Source: Haliotis rubra (taxonomy: Eukaryota). From it: DNA of 64,000 bases. Positions within the stretch are counted from its first letter, which is position 1. The number at the start of each line of letters is the position of its first letter. The notes below the pieces were generated by a model. That model was not told where the DNA came from. It ran no database searches and was given only the letters and a program-made list of their open reading frames with translations. The position numbers and the translations under genes are program-made. This document shows positions 12,030-24,378 of this stretch, in pieces. The stretch lies in NCBI RefSeq assembly GCF_003918875.1, contig NW_025767286.1:434001-498000 (forward strand), given 5' to 3'.

Positions 12030-13452
12030 TCTTTCTTGCAATGTCCATATATATGGCGTTAAACTCCACTGGGACGTGCTCATAGCGCATACAAGAGTCA
12101 AGGAAAAGTAGTAAAAACTTGTAGCCGTACAAGGTCACTTTAAAAGTACAAATGGAACAGATGAGTCTTTCAGAGACACTTAAATTATTCCAACGACTGG
12201 GCGTCTTTGAGAGAGTCTGGCAGTGAGTTTCATTTAGTTGCAGCTGCAACACTAAAGGACTTGTAACCAAAGGACATTTTCTTCCATGGTGGCACTATGA
12301 GTCTCTGTTGATTCTCAGACCTGAGAGAACGTGGTGGAATGTACATACATACAAGGTCACACAGGTATGATGGGGCCAGATTGTGAACGCACTGAGATGC
12401 CAGGGTGAGGAGTTTAAAGTCCACTCTCGCCGCTACTGGGAGCCAATGTAACGCCTTAAGCACAGGTGTTATGTGCATTCTATGGGAGATCTGGTGACTA
12501 TCCTCTCCGCTTGATTTTGAATTGTTTGAAGCTTACTGAGGAGTGTTGCCGGTGTGTTTGCAAGCAGACTATTGCAGTAGTCTGTGCGTGTCAGAATCAG
12601 GCAGGGAGCGAGCGTTGCAGCTGAATCTTCAGTTATGAGATGACGGATTTTCCCCAAGTTTCTCAGTTGAAAGTAACAACTTTTACATAATGTTGTTGTG
12701 CACTTGCTGTTCCATTGATAATCCAACATCAATTAGGACACCTAGATTCTTCACAACAGGGGACATATCGATGCTTGTCTGGTTAATGTGTAGTTTGTCT
12801 TGACACAACTTGGAAAGCTTGGTCTTAGGCCCAATAACAGCAACTTCCGTCTTCTCCTCGTTTAGCTGAAACATATTCAGAGTCATCCATTCTTTAACAT
12901 CAGAGATGGAATGTTCCATCTTTGCCCATGTCTTGTGCTGTTCCTCCTGCTCTATTGCAAACGAGTCATACATCTGGGTGTCGTCAGCGTACAAGTGATT
13001 GTTCATTTTCTCTTCTACAAGGAGCTGACCCAGCTGCTTCAGAGGGTGAACATGATGGGCCCCAGGACAGACCCCTGGGGTACGCCACAGGATAGAGGAA
13101 CTCTTTGTGAGTGGACTGTCTTCACAACAACTGACTGGCTCCTGTCTGACAGATATGAGGCAAACCATGCCAGAACTGTGTCATACACTCCAAAATCAGT
13201 CTTTAGCCTGGATAACAACTTCTGGTGGTCAATCGTGTCAAAGGCTGATGATAAATCCAGCAACACTAGGAGAGATACTTTTCCAGAATCCACTGCCATG
13301 CACAGATCATTTACCACTCGGACAAGAGCTGTCTCAGTGCTGTGCCTCTGTCTGTATGCTGATTGGAATTCATATAACTGTTCCTATTCTAAATGGTCTA
13401 AAAGACTGATCTCCACCGCCTTCTCCAGAACCTTTGACAGAAATGGATGCAA
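12030..13452 (-). mobile_element. 5'-truncated, frameshifted L2/CR1-group LINE (reverse transcriptase and 3' tail)
   Basis: LLDLSSAFDTIDH, GVPQGSVLGP, YADDTQ, LNEEKTE and HITPVLKALHWLPV in successive minus-strand ORFs; L2-like tail gcgctatgagcac...gccatatatatg. Confidence 0.92.
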
Positions 13453-14322
13453 CGTTTCGGTGTAGGTGCTAATTTAACTTGTATGTGTTGGGTGCTAATT
13501 TAACTTGCTTGACATAACGGTGTTCACGTCTACACACTAATGTTGCATCCATTGCAATAAAATAGTTGTCTATACATATAGAATTGTTTCTGTGTTCATC
13601 ACAGTTGTTGGTAACTAATCTTTTTTAATTTATGACATGTTTGTAGCTGTGTGTATTTGACATTTTCATACTTGTGTTGGTATATATCTTGTTTCGTTAA
13701 GAAAGCTAAACTTTCCAAACTTCAAACAGACATGAACTCGAATTTGTGATTTTTAACAGTTTCAGTAATACAGTTCTCACATGACAAGCCTTCTGTATAC
13801 ATGAAACTAAAAACATTCATTGTTCCAGGCTTTAACAGTATCAACAAGATACATCGCACATACTTCACATAAGAATAAATATCACACATGTGATATCATT
13901 GCACTTCAATCTACATGCTGCCATCATTGAAACATCAAGAGTAAACAAAGGCAAGTAACTTAACTTGAGCAGCTGATTGTCTGGTTCAGACCGCCACCAT
14001 ATAGCTGTAATATTGCAGAGTGTGGCATAAAACTAACCTCACTCACTACTTGAGTCGCTAATGCTAGCGGCTAAAATAAAAGATCGTGATTCACTTGACG
14101 ACTGTTACATGTTGTTTAAACATCTGTTTAATCTTCTGAAATTGAGGTCTAGTTTGTTTTGTTGCTGAAGTAACCATAACCAATCCTATCACTCAGTATC
14201 AGTCGCATCTCACGACAATTCATACTTCAAAGGTTGCTGAAGACCAATTTTAACCTGGGTCTTCATAGGGTAGAAGTAACCTGAGGCACTGATTTACATA
14301 AAGATCATAAAGCAATACCAAC

Positions 14323-14370
14323 CTGAACTGATACGAATGGAGCTATCTTCAAAATCTTCATGGTCTGCAT
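14323..14370 (-). CDS. TPX2: TPX2 exon 2 (48 nt)
   Basis: ttcag|...|gttggt boundaries, phase 1 to 1, open frame DADHEDFEDSSIRISS. Confidence 0.65.
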
Positions 14371-15498
14371 CTGAAGCATTCAAATTGCATTGAAGAATAC
14401 CAGCTAAGGTCAGTGAAGTGACTCTGTAGTCTTCTGCTCAGATATATGTATTGTGAACCAGGGTGAAAACATACAAGACTGATGAAATAGACTTAAAAGA
14501 CATCTACCCACAACAAAGCTATAGTATACATCACTTAAACATACATAAAGGGTCACATTCTATCAAAAATGTTTGACCTTACTATTCGTATATCTACAAA
14601 CTCACCAACAAACAGTTTGGCATTTTTGCGATTATTTTGGGGCAAAAACATATGTTAAACATTAATGAATAGGGGGTGTAGCAGTGTGGATGGCCACAAC
14701 AGGATATGTTTCTTTCTTCCTTATAATCTCTTCTGATGCCATAAAAAAACAGAAGCCAAGATTATCCCAAACAGCTGATTTGCGGGACTGAGGCCATACC
14801 GATGCACTAGTTTATGTGAATAGTTTCTAAAATCACTAATCGCATTGTATCAGACTCATGCACAGTATATCCTATTTGTATTCAGTAATTAAATCTGAGG
14901 GTGTGCCTTTGGCTTAGTTATATTATTATAAATACTGACGATTGTAGATTTGCTCAGAACTGTTACAAAATGTGGCAAACGGACCTAATTTGACCTTAAC
15001 ATTCTCCTTCTGAAACGTCAAAAGCACTGTGTAAAAACCAGGATACAAGTGGAGGACAAATGAAACTGAGGACATACTTTGTGTTTATATACAGAATGTT
15101 TGTGTATATAAGCCAATTAGGCGTGTTTGCCAATCCTTTTCTTTCTTCTTGAATGGAATAAAATATGTTTAAACGAGAATGTTTGTGATCATATTAAAGA
15201 ACATTATATTTAGACACTTATTTGAAGAAGCCAAAATTATGACATGAACATGTTGACATTACTGTTCCTATTCAAACAACAGGATAAAGATTGATGCCCG
15301 TGAAAATCATTACAAATATAAATCATGAGGGGATCATTAACTGTGATAGGTCCCTGTAATATACCAAGGATCCAAATTATACATAAAACCTCTGAAACTA
15401 TCTGATATCCTGATATCTTAGTGTTGATCTGATTCAGCAACTTCAACTTGTTCAAGCATATTATACCCAGACTGTGTGATCACGATCAAATTTCTCAC

Positions 15499-15586
15499 CA
15501 AACCATTTGTCTGCGCTATCATCCAGAGGTAACGGCTCGCTGAAATCGACGTATTGTGGGCAGTTATAATCCCATTCTACATCCAT
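15499..15586 (-). CDS. TPX2: TPX2 coding exon 1 (Aurora-A-binding N-terminus)
   Basis: Manual translation from ATG at 15586 gives MDVEWDYNCPQYVDFSEPLPLDDSADKWF, then G|gtgag donor. Resembles the TPX2 Aurora-A-binding motif (Y-x-AP..F-x-F...D.WF). Confidence 0.9.
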
Positions 15587-15589
15587 AGG

Positions 15590-16000
15590 ACCTAATTCCG
15601 TTTCTGCCATTTCGCCAAAAGAAACGAAACGCTTTTTCAAAACAGACTTCTACTAGAACGAGCGGTAAGTGAAATTTCAATCTACCGCATTTCGCCAAAC
15701 GACCAATCAAATGCCGAGAGTTATTCGTGCAACGGATGTCGTCGTCATTCTTCACGATGATTGGAGTAAATAACACGTTATGCGCAATAATGACTTATGA
15801 ATTTTATATATCTTACAGTCTAACTGGCCAACTTTTTCGTTCATTGCCAAATATTATTTGTATTCTGTATATATTATTTTATTTATAAAAAGAATAATTA
15901 TATTTGCTGCGTTATTAGAATCACGAAGGTCAAGAACGGGAATGAAAAGTAACTCGTGAGAAAAATAGGTATCTGCGATTCTTTGCAACTTTTGTCAGGT
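15590..16000. promoter_or_regulatory. Bidirectional TPX2/CIAPIN1 promoter with CCAAT, E2F-like and CHR-like motifs; probable non-coding first exon of CIAPIN1 ending near 15998
   Basis: CpG-retaining stretch between divergent genes. CCAAT at 15703 (+) and ~15760 (-); TTTGGCG(A) on - at ~15611 and ~15691; TTTGAA on - at 15636-15641; cag|gtaaag donor at 15998/15999. Confidence 0.6.
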
Positions 16001-16644
16001 AAAGGAATATAGGATTATGAAATGGTCCGTAAAATGGATTAAATGTTTTAGGATATAGGGCCAGTTTTTCGAACATATGTTTTTCCATTTGAAGTTTGTG
16101 TTGAGCAGTTGAGCAGCATGTCAACAAATAGGAAAAACTCCTGAATCACGATGACGGCAATAGTTATCAAATTAACCACATATCAGTCGAAGGCTGTTAT
16201 GAAAAATAACGCGTGTTCTGATCAAAGACTGGCATATAATGTCACAAAAATTGTTATGGTTTCACAACACACATGTCTGACATTGTCTCAGCTATGAAGT
16301 ATGATAAATGGATGTGCTTTTATGTTGCATATTCACATTTGTAAGTAACTTATTAAAGAACAATTTAACCTAAACACAAGCCATCATTCAATTTTCAAGA
16401 GTTCACAATGTCTTGTGTGATGCAACACCTGTTGTTACAGCTCAAGTGAGCACTGTTGTTCGAACACACATATGACATTGGCAAAACCTATGGTCCAACG
16501 ATGTGTTATTTTGGTGATCAGGGACCGATTGTTTGGCTGTGATGTGCATTTAGACATTTTTACTCAAGACTTCACAAAACAATTGTACTGATTTACCGTA
16601 AATTGCATTTGATTAATTTGTGTAAACAAAGTGAGAGATCTTAT

Positions 16645-16848
16645 ATAGCTATATGGCGGCAGTCTGTAAATAATCAAGTCTGGACCAGACAATCCAGTGA
16701 TCAACAGCATGAGTATCAATCTGCGCAATTGAGAACCGATGACATGTGTCAACCAAGCCAGCGAGCCTGACCACCCGATCCCGCTAGTCGTCTCTTATGA
16801 CAAGCATGGGTTACTGAAGGTTCATTCTAACCCGGACCTTCACGGGTC
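16645..16848 (-). mobile_element. Family B short retroelement
   Basis: Reverse complement starts GACCCGTGAAGGTCCGGGTTAGAATGAACCTTC. Confidence 0.85.
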
Positions 16849-17863
16849 TCCCACCTCAAAACTAGCCTGGAGGATCATAAAGATGTACCACAACTTATAC
16901 ACCATAAGGGGGGTGTTTGATTTGCAAGGGGTGCCAAACACTAAAGATCATATTAAAAGAGGTATTTGTTCAGAGTGATGTACCAAACCCTAGTGATTAT
17001 AAAAGGGTGCATAATTAGAAAGTGTAATTAAAAGCTAAGGATAGTTTTGGGTGGGGTAACCTTTCCAAACCCTAATACAACTAAACATAAGGATAAAAGA
17101 GACATGTTAGAGCCACATCTCATTCATCAGCCAGTGCCAATTTGCCCTACATGTTGTGCCTGGTAAATTACAGTCTCACCAATGTGATATTAGGCTGTCA
17201 TGTTTCTGAACTGTAAATAATTGTGGTTGTATACAAGTTGGGTTATACACGAGAGATAAATGCCGAATGAGGTAATATACTTCTATCACCATAGTATACC
17301 CTGATCTGCGGTTATCACAGTATGATGTGGTAGCTATTATATGTAGCACCCAGAGAGTGTAAGGTCACCAGTTTAGTCCTCAGCTGTGTTATGCGAATAG
17401 ATGTTGAAAGGTGGTACGTGTCTTTACCATGCCTGGTGCTGGACATTAAGGGCATAAACCAGGGATAGGGTCAACTCATAGTCTGTATAACATGCCTGAG
17501 TGGGGTATTCATGGAAATCTGCTGTATGGTATGTCAATAGGCTAACCCCATCAAATATAAACATCAGCACAATAGCAAGCAGTCCTCCCTACCCCTAAAT
17601 CATGTCTCCCCCGTCTTTCTTCCTCTCCTCTCCTTCCCCCTCTTCACCTTCCGCAGCCCCTTCCTCCTCCTCCTCCTCTCTCTCTCTCAGCAATTTGGGC
17701 TAAAAAAAGCCAGTATCTTTGTAAAGTTGAAACAAAACATTATTTCTTCTAGTTCAATTTTATGTGTTTTGGAATTTGATCCCTCATGTTCATAATCAAG
17801 ATTATTGTTTCATCCTAAGCCAACGCCAGCTTTTTCTTTTTGTCACAATAGGATACCTACACA

Positions 17864-18017
17864 ATGGACAGCATTGACATCAAACCAGGACAGAAAGTAC
17901 TGCTTATTTGGGGTGGACAGTCATCAGAAAATATTCAAGATATTGTCCAGTTTCTGACCAGCCAAGCAGGGGAGTCAGGCAGCGTCCATGTGGAACATGT
18001 GGAGAGACTTACACAGT
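17864..18017 (+). CDS. CIAPIN1: CIAPIN1/anamorsin (Dre2) first coding exon
   Basis: Acceptor at 17851, ATG 17864, MDSIDIKPGQKVLLIWGG...VHVEHVERLTQ, T|gtatgt donor; anamorsin N-terminal SAM-MTase-like domain. Confidence 0.9.
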
Positions 18018-18836
18018 GTATGTTGTCAATATGTGTGTTGTCTGTACATTTGACCAGTTAGTAGGATTCAGATCGTTGCTGGTGACAGTTTTTAATACTC
18101 CCTAGGGAATTGAGTTTAAATGCAGTAATGGCCTGCTATGAGTATGAAGCAAAGCTCATCCACTGATCCAATTCAGTAACTTCTGAGAACAAAGCAGTGG
18201 ACTGACAAGGGGAGATAATTTGTGCATTTAACTAAAATGTGCAACATGAATAAATAAAAATTCATTTATATATTTAAATCATATTCACAATGAAAATGAA
18301 AACCCTATTAGTATAACAACACGCTTGCATGATTAATCAATGTGATAATCCTTTTCCACTTGTGTACCTTTTTTTAAATCTGCCCAGCAGATGTAAAAAT
18401 GCCCTTTAGACAGACACTAAGGAGTAAATATTTTGAAAACCCAAAGGAAACTATAAAACTCCAATGTGAATAATACCTTTTGAGGAAATATTCAATGTCT
18501 CAAAACATTATCTGGAGCCCAGCTGGGACCTATTCTAACCCATTATTGGCTAGCACAAATGATCTTAGCAACTACAATTGTAACTCACTAACTTAAGTCA
18601 TAGTGCTAAGACTGCCTTGTGAGAGTGGGACAAGGTCCGCAATGGGTCATATTAGATGACACTGTATTATCAGTTGCACCAATTTATCCATAACAGCTCT
18701 AGGACAAAAGTACTTTTCATAATAATGACCTCTTATCTCCTAATTAATAAGTAATGTATGTATTAGGCAATTTTAATCAAATCACGGTTAAAAGCATTGT
18801 GGTGTTTTTGCTGAACAAGTTGACTTTGTGTTGTAG

Positions 18837-19061
18837 CTTCACATCCTAACTCGGTGTTCGATGTTGCCGTCTGTGGCCTGCATCAACCCCGGGGTAATCC
18901 AGCAGGACATGGACAGACTCGGGGAGATCTGCAGGATACTGAAGCCAGCTGGTACACTCTACATCCGGGATGCTGTCTCTAACAATGCCAGCGGAACTGT
19001 ACAGACAACAGACAAAATGGTGTCAACACTGAAACTCTCAGGATTTGTCAACTTGTCAGCT
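18837..19061 (+). CDS. CIAPIN1: CIAPIN1 coding exon 2 (apparent +1 frameshift near 18877-18881)
   Basis: SSHPNSVFDVAVCG in one frame, then INPGVIQQDMDRLGEICRILKPAGTLYIRDAV...LKLSGFVNLSA|gtaagt in the next; EI.RILKP.G motif. Confidence 0.88.
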
Positions 19062-19854
19062 GTAAGTTGTCAACCAATGTTTTGTTGCATGGTCCATCAA
19101 ATTCCATAGAGCACTGTAGGAATGAGGAACCATTTGATCATTGTTTCGTCAACATATGCATCTTCCTGAGGCAAGGGCAATATTTGTAAATTAAATGAGA
19201 TTGCCAGGCTACCATGAAATAGAAGATGCAGGTCTTTACTAACACCTTCAGACCCACATTTAAATGACTTCAGCATATTGTGACCAAAAAATCAACATGT
19301 AAATTCACTGCAGGCCTTACAGACCCATTGAATTTGAAATAAGGGTCTAACACAAGATATACCTGTCACAGGCCTACATGCAGGTGCAAATTTCATCAAC
19401 TGACTATAGAAGTCACAACTGACGAACTCTGCTAGAATTTCATGGCATGATCATAGTGCCATCAGTGACTGTAACGACTTGTCCCATCTTCCTTCTATTT
19501 ACCAATCAGATTACTTCTTTCATATCTCTTGCACTTCCTTCAAATAAATTGGTGGCACCCAGCTACAGCGATAGACAGTCAACATCTATATTGTGATCAA
19601 ACAGGTTTTACCTTGTAGTGCCTCAAATCACTTGAACACTTTGATTAATAATATGAAAAGATATGGAAAATATCTGTGACAGCCAAGTTGACAGTAAACA
19701 TGTTTTGCAAATCCTACAATCAACGGGAATCTTCACAGCAGTCACAGTGTTTAGCAACTTATCAATTTCTTCTCTCTTTTTTTCTCCACTTTTTGGTTAC
19801 ATTTCCATCCATTATATAACAACAATACATACACGTACATCTATATGTGCATAT

Positions 19855-20570
19855 AGATGTACACAGGATTGTGGCTCGTTTAAATGTCATATCTAAGACA
19901 TTACACTGGCTTGTTTAAGTATATGTAGAGATGTACAAAGGTGTGATTCATATAAATATCATATCTAAGACAGTACACACAGGACATGTAGAGAAAAACA
20001 TATGTAGAGACAACCAAATTTAACAGGATTGTGATTCATATAAATATCATATCTAAGACAGTACACAGGGTTGCTAAAAGCATATGTAGAAAAACATATG
20101 TAGAGACAACCAAAGGCGTCATAGATGTACACAGGATTGTTATTCATATAAATGTCATATCTAAGACATTACACAGGGTTGCTAAAAGCATATGTAGAGA
20201 AAAACATATGTAGAGACGACCAAAGGCATCAAAGATGTACACAGGATTGTTATTCATATAAATATCATATCTAAGACAGTACACAGGGTTGCTAAAAGCA
20301 TATGTAGAGAAAAACATATGCAGAGACAACCAAAGGCGTCATAGATGTACACAGGATTGTTATTCATATAAATGTCAAATCTGAGACATTACACAGGGTT
20401 GCTAAAAGCATATGTAGAGAAAAGCATATTTAGAGACTACCAAAGGCGTCAAAGATGTACACAGGATTGTTATTCATATAAATGTCAAATCTGAGACATT
20501 ACACAGGGTTGCTAAAAGCATATGTAGAGAAAAACATATGCAGAGACGACCAAAGGCGTCATAGATGTAC
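19855..20570. repeat. ~120-bp tandem repeat (5-6 copies) in a CIAPIN1 intron
   Basis: Recurring acacaggattgttattcatataaat...acacagggttgctaaaagcatatgtagag with ~120-bp period. Confidence 0.9.
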
Positions 20571-20858
20571 AGAGGTGGATATCAATTATGTTACTTGATT
20601 TTTGATAGCTCCGTGCATAGACTAGTTACATCAGCCAAAATGGAACTCAGAAATATATATGTAGTTTTCAAGGGTTGAATCTGGACTTTATATGACACAC
20701 TAGCTTCTTTACCATGGTCAGATGCAATAATTTAGAAAATAGATCTTTCATCAGATCAGTGCATCACACATCATTGATAAAATCATTGGTTCTTTAATTG
20801 TTGTTGTAACTTGGAGCTGCACGAAGTTGATGATAACTGATAACAACTGTTACAATCA

Positions 20859-21736
20859 CTATAGTTTGGCATGAAATGCATGTGGACTCGTTTTTTTGTA
20901 AATATCTCTTCATCCAATGACCCAATCGATCTCAAACTGTGCAAGTGGATGTTTTGGCAGACAACCTAATCACATTGTAAATCACCGATTTAATGCATTT
21001 GTATTAAAGAATCTGTCTATGTAACTGTCAACAAAATAAACAGCAGAACGCAGACAGCTTGCAGAGGGAGGGAGCCAATGACCTGTAACAGCGGCAGTGT
21101 TGGGTCATAAAGGTCAACGTTCGTCAATGTAGGTCAGCTATGCTGATGACCCTGATGTCAAAAGAATCTAACTTTGGATGCCTACCTTTTTGTACAAGGT
21201 TTTGTTTATTGGTTGTTGGTTTATTTTTCACATTTTTTAGCACGATGTTCTTTTTCATGCCAAGAGCAAAAGTTGTACGTTTCATGTAATCCGACACCTT
21301 ATAAATCGGTTTGCTACGATTGCTCTCTTTTAGAAAAAAATTCAACACATTTCTAATTGAACGTTTAGCATCATCTGATTAAGCTTTCATGATGACAGCT
21401 AGAAGTAGTCAATGTGAATGATCCAAACGATCTATCACTGTGCAGTGCACAGGTAACTATCATGAACTGCACGTGCATTTACCTTTATGACCCACCACTG
21501 CCGCTGTTACAGGTCATTGGCTCCCTCCCTCTGCAAGCTGTCTGCGTTCTGCTGTTTATTTTGTTGACAGTAACATAGACAGATTCTTTAATACAAATGC
21601 ATTAAATCGGTGATTTACAATGTGATTAGGTTGTCTGCCAAAACATCCACTTGCACAGTTTGAGATCGATTGGGTCATTGGATGAAGAGATATTTACAAA
21701 AAAACGGGTCCACATGCATTTCATGCCAAACTATAG
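20859..21736. mobile_element. Foldback/TIR element with ~255-bp near-perfect inverted repeats
   Basis: ctatagtttggcatgaaatgcatgtgg...ggtcataaaggt (20859-21115) mirrored by acctttatgacc...catgccaaactatag (21481-21736). Confidence 0.9.
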
Positions 21737-22555
21737 ATATGATTGATGCTGTTAATTGGCACAACCACTAGATCAGTTTGTTGCTGATGTCAACAACTGT
21801 GTCAAACACTAGGTCAGCTGGATGCAGTCAACTGGTACAACCACTAAATCAAGTTGATGCTGACCATTAGTGTCACATGCAGGTTGATGCTAGATGTTTA
21901 CAAGAAGATAGGTGTTAGCTTGATTAGTAAGGGCACTCTATTTTGTGACATGAGATGGGAACACAGAAATTCAAACAATCATTGTTTAGATGACAAGTAT
22001 ATTTTTATTTAACAATGGATTGTGAAAATGTAAGGTCTTCTGAGATCAGGTGAGTGAATATTGCTTTATGCCACATCAGCAGTTTTGCAGCTATTGGCGT
22101 TAAACTGAGATCAGGAAGCAGCTGCGTTTCCTTATAACGGAATCGGATGTTCAGGCTCGCTGACTTGGTTGACACATGTCATCTTATCCTAATTGCGTAG
22201 ATCGATGCGCATGCTGTTGATCACTGGATTGTGTGGTTAAGACTCGATTATTTACAGACAGCGTACGATCGTCACACCGAAGCCCTGTGTTCGATTCCCC
22301 TCATGGGTATAATGTGTGAAGCCCATTTCTGGTGTCCCATGCTGTGATATTGTTGGAATGTTGCTAAAAGTGGTGTAGAAATAAATTCACTCACTCACTC
22401 ACCTTATACTACACATATCATCCAAGTAGAACACTTCAGAACAAAGAATGTACTTAGCCATTAAATTCCTGTGATAAGTAGCTGCTCTCTTGTTTGATGG
22501 TGTTTGTGTGTTTTACGGCCTGGAATTATCTTTAACTTTTTTTAATTTCCACCAG

Positions 22556-22712
22556 CCTGTTTCTTTACCTCTGAGCGATGATGACAAGGCAGCCCTACAG
22601 AATCTGTCATCAGACAATGGCTTGTCACTGGTGCAGATCATGGCGGAGAAACCCCACTATGAAGTAGGGTCCACTACGCAGCTCAAACTGTCATTTGCAA
22701 ACAAACCTAAAG
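22556..22712 (+). CDS. CIAPIN1: CIAPIN1 coding exon 3
   Basis: PVSLPLS...KPHYEVGSTTQLKLSF (KP.(Y/F)EVGS..QL motif); phase 0 to 1. Confidence 0.92.
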
Positions 22713-23462
22713 GTTAGTGATAGATGTGAGGAGATAACCAATTTTGTGGGGATTTAAGATCATGATGAAGCTTGAAAGATCGTAATACAGCTAGTTACAC
22801 CATGTCTTATGTAGGCTCAAACTACAATCTCCTGTACTTCCTCAGGACCTAACCAACTATCCCATTAATATGTACCAAAGATTCCATCACTTTTCTTTTC
22901 TTACCGGTTCAGAATTCCCCAAATTCACCTACAGGGTCAATAACCAGAGTTATCTCCCTTGGACTGTAAACTCCTGTTGCTCACTTTGACAGCTTGATAC
23001 ATGAGGATATGCACCTTTCCAGTTGTGCACTACTACCTGTATATCATATATTCAGAATTAAGGTGTCAGAATAAACATGTTTCATTGCAATAGGCGACCT
23101 CTGATCTTCAAACCGTGAATCGATCTGGGTCTCCAGTACACAATTACAGCTAAGTAGATGGGTAGGGTGACTTTGTTAATTGCAAGTCATCTTGTACTGA
23201 CATTGTGGAACTTGGTGGCTCATGTTTGAAGAATGTCCAGTGACTAGTGTCCAGACTCTCACTTACAGTTCACAGTGATGTAGCTGGAGTATTTCTCATT
23301 GCAGCGTAAAATATCAAACATATCCTACTTTGTACACTTTCCTTGACAAGGCTATGAGTTACAGCTACCACAACTCTTTTGTTTGATTTATAGGATTTTT
23401 TTTCATTTTCAATTTGGCATTAGTATTCCACATCAAGTACATTAGTAGGTTAATGTAAGAAT

Positions 23463-23622
23463 AGGGGCAGTGGGGTAGCCTAGTGGTTAAAGCGTTTGCT
23501 CGTCCCTCCAAAGACCCAGGTTCGATTCCCCACATGGGTAAAATGTGTAAGCCCATTTCTGCTGTTTCGCCGTGATATTGCTGGAATATTGCTGAAAGTG
23601 TCGTAAAACCATACTCACTCAC
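23463..23622 (+). mobile_element. Family A tRNA-derived SINE (intronic, CpG-decayed)
   Basis: GGTAGCCTAGTGGTTAAAGCG...GGTTCGATTCCC, tail (CTCA)n. Confidence 0.85.
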
Positions 23623-23753
23623 TAATGTAACAATATATATTAGACACTTGAGAATGCTTATTTTGCAATATTTGGCTGTTTGTGAAATTAATGCAGTTAT
23701 CATTATGTGTCTGCCTATTTATACTAAGATAATGTTGATGTTCATTTTGACAG

Positions 23754-23888
23754 CAGTAGATGCTAATGTAGCCAAGGTGTGGTCGTTGTCTGTGGATGAT
23801 GTGCTAGATGATGAGGTGGAGCTTGTTGATGACGATGCTCTCCTGGAACAAGATGACCTGAAAAAGCCAGACCCCGCCTCTCTCAGAG
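23754..23888 (+). CDS. CIAPIN1: CIAPIN1 coding exon 4
   Basis: [45 protein letters not shown]|gtgag; acidic linker typical of anamorsin. Confidence 0.95.
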
Positions 23889-24256
23889 GTGAGTTCAGCC
23901 AGCAGTTTCAATGTTATCTATCAAGTGACTATATTCAAAATATGCCTCTCTTCACACAGCAGTTAGTGTGGACCTGGCAGGTTGGTTATGTAGGGTGGGG
24001 TGTAATAATAATAATGCTACACCACGAGCATTCATTTTTAGTGGAATTTGGTGCAATTTTAATGGAATTATTTTTGCTGTTCATGTTGTCTAATGCATGG
24101 GTAACTGAAGATTGTAGCAAGGTTGTCTCCATGTCGTTTGGGTGCTAATTTATCTGAGTTGTGTTAGTGTTGTTGGAATGACTTGATTCCCACTTTTTAG
24201 GACTGCACGTGATTACCTCTCACAGTTCCTCATATATAGCAATGTTTGTTGATCAG

Positions 24257-24378
24257 CTGATTGTGGTGCAAACCCCAAGAAGAAGAAGGCTTGCAAGAAC
24301 TGTACATGTGGGCTGGCAGAGGAGCTGGAGGAAGGGGCTGACATCAAGCCCAAACCAGTCACGTCTGCCTGTGGAAAT
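24257..24378 (+). CDS. CIAPIN1: CIAPIN1 coding exon 5 (Fe-S motif 1)
   Basis: [40 protein letters not shown]|gtaagt; CX9CX2CXC cluster-binding motif. Confidence 0.96.

Noticed and set aside
12911-13465. 184-aa plus-strand ORF
   Set aside because: Antisense shadow of the LINE reverse transcriptase.
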